A stretch of DNA of 64,000 nt, taken from Octopus sinensis. Taxonomy: Eukaryota. The notes beneath the pieces are model-generated. The model saw only the letters and a program-made list of their open reading frames with translations, searched no databases and was not told the DNA's origin. Shown in pieces: positions 11,245 to 23,309 of the stretch; the stretch's first letter is position 1, and every line of letters starts with the position of its first letter. The stretch covers positions 118,420,001-118,484,000 of the forward strand of contig NC_042998.1 in the NCBI RefSeq assembly GCF_006345805.1, given 5' to 3'. Position numbers and translations under genes: made by a program.

Positions 11245-14200
11245 TAGTTTTATTTTTATAGCGTGCTTTCACTTCACTACCGAGCGCAGCTCTGTGTGCC
11301 TTGGGTATGTGTTGTGATTTGTTGTGATGCTCTGATGGTTATTGTATGGAAAGTGTTCTGCGTAGGATGTGTGCAGTGCCTAGTAGTGCAATTTTCTGTA
11401 TGTTATATGTGTTTGTAAGTCCTGGTGTTTTTGTTATGTATTTGTCTGAATATTTTTTTATCATGCCTAATGCACCTACTATGATAGGAATTGTTTCTGT
11501 TTTCAGGTTCCACATTCTAGTTATCTCTATTTCCATGTATTTGTATTTTGAGAGTTTCTCCATTTCTTTTAGAGACACGTTGTCATCTGCCGGTATTGAT
11601 ACATCAATTAGAAAGCATTTTTTTCTTCATGACAACTATATCTGGTATGTTGGCCTTAATTTCTCTATCTGTGTGTATCGGCATATCCCAGAGTATGGTT
11701 GCTTTCTCGTTTTCTGTGACCTTTTCTGGTGTGTGCCTATACCATCTTTTTTCTGTTGTTATTCCATAATGTTGGCATAGCTTCCAATGTATGTAGGTTC
11801 CAACTCTGTCATGTCTGTGAATATATTCCTTCTTAGCCAGGACTGGGCAGCTAGAGATAATATGATTTATTGTTTCTTGTCCATCTCCACATATTCTGCA
11901 GTTACTTGTAATATTTCTTTTCATTACATGTTTTTGGTAATTTCTGGTGGGGAGGCTTTGGTCTTGTGCTGCAATAAAAATCCCTCTGTTTCTGCTTTGA
12001 GTCCTGAGCTTCTCAACCATTGCTGGGATTTTTCTTTGTCTATTTCTTTTGCGTTTAGTTTAATGCAGTATTTACCATGAGGGGCTTTTCTTGCCATCGT
12101 TTTATCATGGCTCGTTGCTGTTCTATTTTTAGTTTGGATTTCATTTGTTTTATAGCTTTTGTTGTTTCTTCATCATCTTCTTCTTCTTCTTTGTGTCTAT
12201 TAGGTGGTATGATTTCTTGTTTGTATTTGTCAGCTTCCTGAAATACTGAGAACAGTTTTTTGTTTTACTCGTGTTTTGCTGCTATCTGGATCAGTTTTCC
12301 TTCCTTCTTAAGTAGGTATTTTTGCAGTCCTATGGTGGTTATTTTATAGTAGTTTTCCAGCTGTATAAGGCCTCTACCACCTTCTATACGTTGTATATAT
12401 AGTCTTTCTATGTCAGATTTTGGGTGATGCATCCTAGATCCTGTCAGTATTTTTCTTGTTTTCCTATCTATTTTGGACAGTTCATTTCGTGTCCAGTTAA
12501 GGATATTGTAGCTGTAACTTATAACTGGGACAGCTAAAGTGTTGATACCTATTATCTGTTTTAGCATTGAGCTTGATTTTAGTATTGATCTAACTCGTCT
12601 ATAATATTCTTTTTTTATTTTCTCTTTCATTTGTGTGTATTGTGTCTTATCTAGTTCATGGATTCCTAAGTATTTGTAAGTTTGGCTTTGGTCTAATCTT
12701 ATTTCATTGGTTTTATCTAGTGTGATGTTGTTACTCTTAACTAGTTTTCCTCTTTTCATGGTTACTTTGGCGCATTTTTCTAATCCAAATTTCATATCTA
12801 TTTCTTTGGTAAATCCATGAACTGTCTTTAATAGTGTTTCCAGCTGTTTGTCATTTGCAGCGTATAGTTTTAGGTCATCCATATATAAAAGGTGGCTGAT
12901 CGTTTTGCCGTAACATTTATATCCGCATCCAGTTCTATTTAGCATATCAGATAGAGGTGACAGTGCCAAGCAGAAAAGGAGTGGAGAGAGCGTGTCTCCC
13001 TGGAATATTCCTCTTCTAATGGGGATGTCTTTGGTTTTCATGAGTCCCTCTTTTGTTTGGAGGTGTAGGACTGTTTGCCATTTATTCATAGAGTGCTCTA
13101 TGAATTTTATGATTGTTGGTGCTACTTTGTTAATGGCTAGTGTTTCGAGGATCCATGTGTGGGGGATGCTATCAAACGCCTTTTTGTAGTCAATCCAGGC
13201 CATACTGAGCCTTTCTTCTTTCTGTGGCTGTCTTCAGTTACGGCTTTATTAATCATTAGTTGATCTTTACAGCCATATGAGCCCTTGCGGCATCCTCTCT
13301 GCTCTTCTGGGAACAGTTTGTTTTCGTCCAGGTGCTTGTTCAGCCTTTGCGATATCACTGCAGTAAATGACTTGAACATAGTAGGGAGGCAGGTTATTGG
13401 TCTGTAGTTTTCTGGTTTTGTTTCATTTGATTTGGGAATTAAGATGGTTTTCCCCTTCGTGAACCATTCAGGCATTGTCTCTGGCTCTGCTAGTATGCTG
13501 TTAAAATTTTCAGCCAGCTTTTTGTGCATTCCTGTTAGATATTTCAACCAGAAGTTGGGGATCTTGTCATGCCCAGGTGCCTTCCAGTTGCTTAGTTTTT
13601 GCAGTGCCTGGGTGACCTCTTCAGTTGTTATGGGGGTCCAAAGTTGTTCAGATGCCGAGTTTGTTATTTTCATACTCTTTTTTTTGGCTGTTCGTTCGCC
13701 GACAATATTTCTCTCCAGAATTCTTCCAATTCTTCTGCCGTTGGTGCTGCAGTGACTTCTATTTTATTTTTGCCCAGTTCTTGGTAGAACTTTTTGGGGT
13801 CGGAGTTGAACTTTTTGTTCTGTTCAAAGAAGCGTTGGCGTTTCTCGTACCGGCGGATCCTTTGAGCTTGGCAAGGATATCTTGCTTCAGCTTTTCTTTT
13901 ATCTCCGGCAAATCTTTTTCTGTGATGTTATATTTGCGGAGCATTTTTGTTCTCTTTTTGTTGCTTAGTAGCGTTGCTTGTTTGCTGATTTCATTAAGAA
14001 TCGACAGGTCTTTTCTAATTTTTTTAATTTTGTTTTGGATGTTATTTATCCACAGGGTTTGTTTGGGTGGTGGTACTGCTGTTTGGGCGGGTTTGGGTGA
14101 GTATCCAGCTTCTTTTGTGGCTGCATGGCTGCTGCGTATATCAAGTCATTTAGTTCAGTGATATCACTTTTTTTTGTTTCAGTGGCTAGTTCAGTGACGG

Positions 14201-14813
14201 CTAGGTTTATGTTGTTTATAATTGGTGTTGTTATTGCGTTTATTTTTATTCTTGGAGGTATGGTCGGTGGTCCATTTTGGGCTCTGTGGTTTTTAGTTCT
14301 TTGATTATTTTATTTTTTATATTATCATAATCATTAGGCTCCCCTTCGTTGTTTACATCGTGTTTGTTGGGAATGTTGCGTTTGTCTTCGTGTTTTACAG
14401 TTTCAGTGTTTATATTATTGGGCATTGTTGTGTGGCTTCTATCTACATTTTCCTGGTGTATTTTTTCTTTTAAATGTTCTATTTCTATTTCTGATATTTT
14501 TTTGGCTTTGAGAATGTATCTTCGTACGTTAGCTAATTTATTAGGGTTCATTGCTGTATCCAAGTCTAATTCTCTATTATTTTCCTTCCATATTTTATAT
14601 GTATGTGTTGTTGTATTTTCATTTTGTGGGTAGAGCATTGCTGTGAAGTATGCGTGTAAGATAGAAATGTATTCCTCACGTGTCCATTTACGTCTTTTGG
14701 GTTTTAATTGCGGGACATGAGGTACAACGTCCGGCCTATTATTTTGACGGTCGTCATTTTCGTAGGGTACCGGTCCGTTTATTTCTGTTGTCACATTATT
14801 TCGCACGTGTAGC

Positions 14814-14814
<1 letters not shown>
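11242..14814 (-). mobile_element. Full-length R4/Dong-like non-LTR retrotransposon (RT + restriction-like endonuclease), frameshifted
   Basis: Six collinear ORF pieces: N-terminal KRRKWTREEY domain, RT with KAPGHD, NYRPITCL, DYKKAFDS, GIFQGDTLSP and YMDD, the CRICGDGQETINHIISSC zinc knuckle, and PDIVV..LIDVSIP RLE motifs. (TAA)n on both flanks. Confidence 0.92.
12265..13203 (-). pseudogene. RT domain segment of the R4/Dong-like LINE
   Basis: 312-aa ORF with DYKKAFDS, FQGDTLSPLLF and LYMDD; continuous with neighbouring frames only through frameshifts. Confidence 0.9.
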
Positions 14815-14895
<81 letters not shown>

Positions 14896-14896
14896 G
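14815..14896. repeat. (ATT)n microsatellite at the 5' junction of the R4/Dong-like LINE
   Basis: Direct reading. Confidence 0.95.
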
Positions 14897-16216
14897 TTAT
14901 TATTATATTGCTGTTGTTACTGTTGTTGTCGTCGTCGTTTTGTTTTTTTGTTGTTATTGTTGTTATTATTATTTGGGCTGGCTATCAGCTTTAAGAAGAA
15001 TGAATATTTATTCCAACCGAAGTCTGATACAGAATATATTCAAGATTCAAATGTGATGACAAGCCATTGAAATCGGTCACGTTATCTTAATATCTTAAAA
15101 GTACAATACACCATAAGAGTCCTCTTTATGATGGAATCAATATTAGAGTATCTAAGACTACAAGTGCTTTTCGAAAACTTTCTCATCCTTTGTGAGATGA
15201 ATATGGTGTCGGCCTGGAAACTAAAATAAATGTGTATAAAAATATATTCTGGATGGTTAATAAGTAGAGGGATTCCGCGGCAAAGATACGAGGATGTGTT
15301 GAAACAACCACTACAATACCTGCAGTTTAATTTAACATCTTGGGAAAATTATTGTCTCGACCGATATGAGAGGCATATAATCTCTCATGATGAGTATAAA
15401 TAATTTCAGTTGAAGAAACAAACATAAAAACTTTATCCTCTAATCAACAGGCACATTTGTTCAGTCTCAGGCAAAATCAAAGCCATTATTGTTACCCTTG
15501 TGTCTTCAGAGCAAATCCATACTTGGGCTCAAATTATATTCAGGCAGCCATCGCAAATCGATGCAGCTTCTTTTGTTTTATCTTTATTCTTTCTTTCAAC
15601 CACACACATATATCGAAATCGACGAGAATAATCGTCATTATTATTATGAATGAAGAGTTCTGCAGTAGGGAGGTTAATATAATGTATATTTACTTTAATA
15701 AAAGAAGATATAGTCCATAAAATAACGTAATATATCAGGTAAAAGTTGACTTTGGAATTGCGAGATTGGTTTTTGTCAAGATAAATACTGTTTTATGCAG
15801 ATTTCGAAACGGCAAAAAGCAATTGTGAATTCCCCCGTAAGAATTTATGACTAATAAGATATTCTATGAGTTCTTTTTCAAGGTTTTAATTCTTTAGATG
15901 GATAATGATTTGCTTTAGATGGATAAACGTTTGCTTTTTATAAATGCTGCAGGTTTTATAAACATTTTCTAGTTGAGAAAATTCAAACAAACTTTTGTTC
16001 TTTAACAATGATATCAATTTCATGACTCCCCTGCTATGGCTCTCAACAATCCAACTCGTATGCTATTGTTGCTAAGTATCACGTATTTTATTGTATTTTC
16101 AATTCGAACAAAGAAGCCAGAAACTACATTAATGCCTTGAATAATACCCAGGAATATAACATTCGATGATAACTTTGTAACTTAATATCTTCTCAACTTC
16201 AAGACACAATCTGAAC

Positions 16217-16217
<1 letters not shown>

Positions 16218-16248
<31 letters not shown>

Positions 16249-16330
16249 TGTATGTATGTATGTATGTATGTATGTATGTATGTATGTATTATGTATGTGT
16301 ATGTATGTATGTATGTATGTATGTATGTGT
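16218..16330. repeat. (TATG)n microsatellite
   Basis: Direct reading. Confidence 0.95.
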
Positions 16331-17144
16331 ATGTTTGCATGTATGAATGTGTGTATGTAAATGAAAAATGCATTCTAATTAAACGACAGATAAAAAAACG
16401 TATGCGTATAAGGCACAGTGTCCCTAATTCTTCATCAGTTATCAACCAGAATGGTAATGCTAAGACCGAGGGGCTTCCCATCTTGGCGGTGACTGTGGAA
16501 GGCGCAGAGAATCGGGCCTCCAGCAGACAAAATGACAAAGACGAAACGAAAAGACCAAAAGACAAGAATGGTGGGTAACGCTTTGAAAAAATCTTGAAGG
16601 ATACAGTAAATTGCAAGATAGAAAGCTTTTAGGTGACCGAACCGCTGGGTGACCAGTGAGAAAAAGAGAATAAAGGAAAACTGGTCATGCCTCATGCTTC
16701 AGCAGCAGGCAGAGAAGGAAGGGAGAGATAGCGGCAGGGAGAAGATAGAGAGAAAATAAGGAAGGAAAGAAAGTGGTAAAGGAGAATGGCTACAAATACG
16801 AGAGAGCGAGAGAGAAAAGGGGCAAAGAAGCCAGGCTTGCAAAGTAAGTAACAGGGTGAGAGAGAAAGTGAGAAAGAGAAGAGTCACATGCGTAACACTC
16901 CACAGACGGTTAGTAACAGTAAGTTTACGTATATTCTGTTTGACCCTGTTCTTTGGTTCACATTGCTAGTGGAGCGGCCTTGCTTACACTGTAAAGCCAG
17001 AAACAAAAATGGCGCAATCGGGTTCAAACTTCGATCACGTGACCACAATAGTGCCAACTATAAGCACGCATGCACAGAAGGCAATGTGACAATAATAAAG
17101 ATATGTTATGGCAAAAGTACAGGTAATTTTTGGCATCCCCTTGC

Positions 17145-17179
<35 letters not shown>

Positions 17180-17201
17180 ATATATTGTCAACTAGACTTG
17201 A

Positions 17202-17957
17202 CTAAGGGTGTGAAATAGTGTCTCTCCTGTATGAATACGTTTGTGTAAAGTCATAAATATTTTGAGAGAATAATTTACCACAGATATCACAAGAATATGG
17301 TGTTTCTCCTGTATGAAAACGTCTGTGTCCAGTTAAGTTAGAACTCACGGTGAATGATTTACCACAGATATCACAAGGATATGGTGACTCTCCTGTATGA
17401 ATACGTTTATGATAAGTTAGAGCACTTTTACCAGGATATAATTTACCACAGATTTTACAGGAATATGGCTTCTTTCCTGTATGAATACGTTCGTGATTAG
17501 TTAAAGCACTTCTTTGAGAGAATGATTTACCACAGATGTCACATTGAAATGGCTTCTCTCCTGTATGACAATGCTGGTGATTATTTAAAACACTTTTATC
17601 AGAAAATGATTTACCACAGACACTACAATGATATGGCTCCTCTCCTGTATGAATACGTTTATGTTGAGTTAGAGCACTTTTATCAGAAAATAATTTACCA
17701 CAGATATTACAGGAATATGGCTTCTCTCCTGTATGAATACGTTTGTGGGTAGTCAAGGTAATTTTTTGAGAGAATGATTTACCACAGATTTCACAGTGAA
17801 ATGGCTTCTCTCCTGTATGAATACGTTTGTGACTATTTAAGTTACATTTACTTGAGAAAGACTTTTTACACACGTCACAGTCATGTGACAATTTTTGTCT
17901 CTTTTTTTTGCTACCTTCTGGTAAAATCTGTTCCTTCACTTTCTCACTCTTTTCCAT
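17202..17957 (-). CDS. C2H2 zinc-finger protein, 7 complete tandem fingers plus a frameshifted 8th
   Basis: Repeated CxxC-x12-H-x3-H units joined by TGEKP-type linkers, in one exon. The 8th finger resumes in another frame (MTLHKRIHTGE). Confidence 0.88.
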   Translation of the reverse strand: MEKSEKVKEQILPEGSKKKRQKLSHDCDVCKKSFSSKCNLNSHKRIHTGEKPFHCEICGKSFSQKITLTTHKRIHTGEKPYSCNICGKLFSDKSALTQHKRIHTGEEPYHCSVCGKSFSDKSVLNNHQHCHTGEKPFQCDICGKSFSQRSALTNHERIHTGKKPYSCKICGKLYPGKSALTYHKRIHTGESPYPCDICGKSFTVSSNLTGHRRFHTGETPYSCDICGKLFSQNIYDFTQTYSYRRDTISHP

Positions 17958-18562
17958 TATTTTTCCTTCAACTTCACAATATACGTTCTTTTTTTATTCT
18001 TTTTGCTTCTATAGTCTTTTGTTTACAAATATTTCAACTGTTGTATTTCTGGCCACTGTTATCTTTGTCACAAAACAACTAAATTTATCCACATTCAATC
18101 TGTAAACAGGCTCATCTTGTAGACACTCCAGCCAGTGATGTCCAGAAGGTTTGCTAATAACACAATTCAGAGTAAATATATCAGAGGAATTCCACCACAG
18201 ATTTATAGAAACAATCTTATATATCTGTTCTGTACGATATTTCCATTTTGGTCTTTAAAAAATTGATAAATAATGAGAATGTATCTACAGTTATGCCAAT
18301 GTCATCTGATATTAAAAAACAATTCAAAAATTACTAAAAATACGAGCTAAAATGCTTCACTGCAATTACAAAGCACATAACATATAATTTGTAACAGCAC
18401 TGGGGAATTTTAGCTCACATTTCTAACAATTTAAGTGTTATACACGTTTAGTTGACGACTATAATTTTCCCATAATGGTATACATGTATTCCGATGACTA
18501 CCGAGTGTACACAAAACAGCGACAATCTAAGCAATAACGTATCTCTTCATTCTTGATACGCT

Positions 18563-18617
<55 letters not shown>

Positions 18618-18760
18618 GAGGAGGAGGAGGAGGAGGAGGAGAGAGTTGTTGTTGACAAGGCGGTGTTGATTTAGTCACAAGGCCAGCTATTTTAAGAGTT
18701 AGAGAGAAGTTTTTCCCATCGACCATGTTACTTGGCCATTTTCATTTTAGATATACATAC

Positions 18761-18861
<101 letters not shown>

Positions 18862-19383
18862 TGTTTCTTTATTAGCCACACAGGGCTGCACACAGATAGA
18901 ACAAATTACAAGGTAGAGCTTTTCTTTTGAAGGTTTAAAAAAAAAAAGGAAGGGGTGAGTTTCGATCAAAAGGGATCGTAAAAGGAGAGAAGGAGGACAA
19001 AATAAAGAGGGGTTAAAGAAAAAGGGGGAGAGGAAAAAAAAATTTGATCAATAGGGATCGTTATCACAGAAATGTCAATATGAAGTGTAAAGGGGAGGAC
19101 AGGTGAGGTTTACCCGTGGAAAGAAAAGCCTACGGAAAAGACCACGGTAACCTCGGTCAATGGAGTCACATGTTATATTTCTATATTTTTTTTTTTTTGC
19201 GAATAAGCAACTCACTGTTTTCAATTTCTGGGTTCATAGGATTATGCTCAAGGTGGCTTCGTCATTCATACGTGCCATTCTTGCTACATTCACCCATCTT
19301 TTTTTAAAACATTCGCTAGACAAAACTTGCCTCTCTACTCTCACTTTCCTTTTCAAGTGGTACTTGAAGAAGTTGATGAGAGA

Positions 19384-22300
19384 TTAACCAGAGAGGAAAG
19401 TGTTTGTCTCCAATCCTTTCAGACGCGTCCACCAGATACATCCTTTCGCCATAGCCACAAGGATGATGAAAATAGCTCTTCCTTCCCGTTTGAAGGAAGG
19501 AGGCGTGACAATATTGACGATAGACTCAGCTGATAAACCGACTCGTCCCACACGTGACAGCAGTTGTTCGACATAAGCCCACAGGTCGGAAATTGTTGGA
19601 CACTGCACGAGTGCGTGCAGAACGGTTTCGTCGCTCTGACCGCATCTCGGGCAGGTCGGCCCCGTGTTTCTCGAGCCGTGTCTGTAGAGCTTATCCCGAA
19701 CGGGTAGCGCTTCTCGGTAGCACTGCCAGGCCAGGGATCTCTGGAAGTTGTCCATGGGCCCTGGCCCGAAAGTCGTCCTGAACAGGCGGATCAGGTACTC
19801 CTCGTCGACGTCCAGGTTCGCCCCGAGCTCGTCGTCGTACCTCCCCTCCACTAATCCCCTATAGAATGCTTTGGTTGTGATGAAGTCACTCAAGGTCGAC
19901 CCAGGACGGCAGAGTTGCTTGAGAGCAACGCGACACTCGCGGTGCAATTCGCCCTTCCTCGGCCTCTTTTTGATCCACGACTGCAGCTCGGTCATGGAGA
20001 CGAGCTGCGGGAAAGCGTGCCTCACAAACGGCGACCACACCTGTTCACCGTCGTCTACATAGAGCCAGAGATGTCGCAGTCTCAGCGCGTGTCTGTGCAT
20101 CATCAACCACGGCATGCCCAGCCCTCCTTTTAACGGGTGCTGACAGCAAATGGATCGCCTGACCATCGGGACGCATCCTTTCCACAAGAAGCGAAAGAGA
20201 ATGCGTTGTAGTTTGGTGATGGTAGGGTCGGGACAAGGTACGACGGTCAGGCGGCAGTAGATGACGGACGCGATGTACGTGTTCGCCACCTCCGCCCGAC
20301 CTTTTAGGGACAGTTTCCTCTCGGCGAGAGGACCACCCTACTCGTTATCTCGTTCCAGTTCTTCTCCACTTGGAGGTCCGGACCAAACCAGACCCCGAGC
20401 AACTCAACCGGGCCGTCGGTCCAGCGTCCCACGACGGAGGCGCTGGTGGACGGCATGGGCTTGCTTCTCCAGGTGCCTAGTCGCAAGCCCAGACTTTTCC
20501 CGGTTGATTTTCGCTCCTGTTACCGCTTCGTAGTTTTTCAGTGTCTCGCCGACCTGCTCGATGTGCTCGTGGCTAGACACTATGACGGTGACGTCGTCCG
20601 CGTATGCAGACACGCTCGTCGCGCATCCCAGTTCTCGCGGGATGCCTCTCAAAGTTGCCAGCTTCCGCAATAATGGCTCGAGACTCAATACGTATAGAAG
20701 CGACGAGAGGGGGCATACCTGACGGACCGAACGTGCGATGTGGAAGGGTCTCGATAGATGTCCATTCACGCGAATTACCGAACGGATGCCTCTGTACAAA
20801 GCGGCTATCCAGCCGCGGAAGACGGGACCGAAGCCAGCCGCTCCGAGGACCGCCTCCAAGTATCGATGGTCCACCCTATCGAAAGCTTTCGATTGATCCA
20901 AATTGATCAGCGCCCCACCCATGCCAGGTTCGTTAACTACCCTGTCTATGATGTAGCGCATCAGGTGGAGGTTGTCATGGATGGTCCGGCCTGGCACGGC
21001 GCATGTTTGCACCTTGTCGACCAGTTTCTCGATGACAAGCGCCAACCTCTTGGCTAGCACCTTGGCCAAAATTTTCAAGTCTGCATTAAGCAGAGTGATG
21101 GGCCTAAAGTTATCTATTACATTTCCCTTGTTTAGATCTTTCTTCAGCAGTGTTACGGCTCCTCGGCTCACAAAACCAGGAATGCTCCCGTTTTGCTGCC
21201 AGTTGCAGTACACCGCCGCCAAGAGATCTCCAAACAAGTCTGGCATACAATTGTAAAGCTCGTAGGGTAGACCATCCAAACCCGGTGATTTGTCCCTCGA
21301 GCATTCTGCCATCGCTTCCTGCACTTCCGCCGCCGTGATGGCACCTTCGCAGCACCCTGCCTTTCTTGTCGAGAGTCGTGGTAGGCTATGTAGGTAGGCA
21401 CTGAAGTCCACCCTACGTTCTTGCCCTCCACTCGTTCCGAACAGTCGGGCAAAATGCTGCTGAAAGGCCTCACACATTTTACTTGGCTCGAGCAATTCGC
21501 GCCCCTGTTCATCTACCAGGGACCGAATGGTGGCTTTGTTGCCCTGTTGCGCCTCTGCCACCCGGTCCTCTCTCGCGGCTCCAACACCTTCGTTCCTTAG
21601 AGCACGCATCCTAGCTCTGACAGCACATGCTTCGTGTTTGGCGTTGAAGTGTTGGTCGAGGGCCAACCTCGCCGCCAAAACGTCGGATGCGATGCCGCTT
21701 CTAATTGCCTCTTCTAGCTTCTTAACTAGCTCACCCTCTACTCTATTTCTATATATGGCTAGTGCTTTGCTGTACCTAATCGCTTCTGCTTTTACTGCTC
21801 TCTTGAGGGCAAACCACCATTTGTTGTTGATGATGGCTCCCGTCAAAGCCCTCTTTACTAGTGTGTTAATCCGGTCTCTGAAAACCTGTCCCGATGGGAA
21901 AGACGCGTTTAGTTTCCAGTATCCGGGACCCTGCCTAGGTGTCTTACCTAAGTCTAGCGTACATGTCACAAGTTTGTGATCCGTGTAGCTGACTATGTGG
22001 AATTGTGGACATCCTATGCTATCTCTGTCTACTGTCCTACACAGTATCCTATCTAGATACGATCTCGACGACCCGATGCGGTTGCTCCATGTCCACGTTG
22101 GCGCATTCGGGTGGTCTAGTCGGAACCTGTCAGACAGTTGAAAGCGTCTGAGCAGGTCTCTGAGGCATTTGCATCCCCGTCTATTCCTATCTCTACCCAC
22201 GTAGTCTACATGCGTGTCCAATGTAGCATTCCAATCCCCCACTAAGAGTAAAGGACGAGACGTTCCCAAGAATACTTCTAGACGTTGAAAGAAATCCGCC

Positions 22301-22642
22301 CGACCTGTCAAGGGCGGTGCGTAGACTGATACGAGTCGAAAAGCGCACCCATTGCTGCCGTCGACATCCAGGACGACCAGTCTACCCTCCGGGTCTACGA
22401 ATATTGTCCTTACTTTGAGATCCAGACTCTTGTGAAAAAGTACCGCCCATTCTCGGCAGACAGTGGGAAAAATAAATGTTGAACCGTCCGCCAAACATGG
22501 TCTTTAGGGCCCGCGGATTGTGGAGTCTGGTCTCACTTATGGCTATGATTTCTAACTTATGTGACTTTATGTCATTTAAGAGGTACCCTTGTTTCCAAGG
22601 GGACCCCAAGCCACGCGCATTTACACAACCAATCTTGATCAT
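19384..22642 (-). pseudogene. ORF2 (AP endonuclease + reverse transcriptase + C-terminal zinc finger), at least 3 frameshifts
   Basis: MIKIGCVNARGL, AISET, LVGDWN, YLDRIL, SDH-like YTDHKLV, KSPGLDG, NFRPITLLN, DQSKAFDRV, AYADD, CPRC..ETVLHALVQC across ORFs 22382-22642, 20404-22494, 20304-20486 and 19384-20289. Confidence 0.9.
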
Positions 22643-23309
22643 AGTCCTAATGAATTAGAATACAAGTGAAAGGAACAGAGGGTTACTTACTGCTCGAAAG
22701 TTTTTGCTTTCTCCTCCTTTGGTTTGTCCTCGATGAGATCCCAGTACAGTTTCTTTGTGAGATATTTTTGGCATTTACCAACCGCGCTGGGGAAAATGCC
22801 TTTGAGTGTGTGGTGCAGACTTTTGGAGATGTGTAATATTTTGATATGGTCTGGTGGTGTTGTGTATGGGTGATTGTTTGTTTTTATGTCATCTTCTGTT
22901 ATGTTTGTTTTTGATTGGATGTATTCCATCAAATTTGTGTTTTTGGTGTCTATAGCTGTGAGCATGTTTGCTGTATATATTTTGTGGTGTTGGTGTGGCT
23001 GTTGTTTGCGTTGGGTTTTGAAATGTCTTCGTGAGGTGTATTTCCCCCTGCTTTGTTCGTGTTTGCATTTGGTTTGGTTGTGTTTCTGTTCTTTATTTTC
23101 CTTCTTTGTGTAGCTATTTGCCATTCCTCACTGGTTTCGTCTTCCGACGAAATTTCTGAGGAATCAGTAGGGGGTAGGGGTATGTTGTGGGCTTCTATGT
23201 ATGTCTGTGTAAGTGGTTGTGTTGTTGGTTGTTGAGTGTTTGTGTGTGTTGAGTGCGGTATAAGGGATGGGGGATCAGTTTGTGTGTGTTTTCTTTGTTT
23301 TTCTGTTCC

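Noticed and set aside
13432-14633. Plus-strand ORFs overlapping the LINEs (also 20446-21979 and 23390-24693)
   Set aside because: Antisense shadows of the minus-strand retrotransposon ORFs.
16228-16900. 116-aa ORF and purine-rich tract as an exon or hAT transposase fragment
   Set aside because: Starts in a microsatellite; only a vague VTVEGAEN resemblance; no further motifs.
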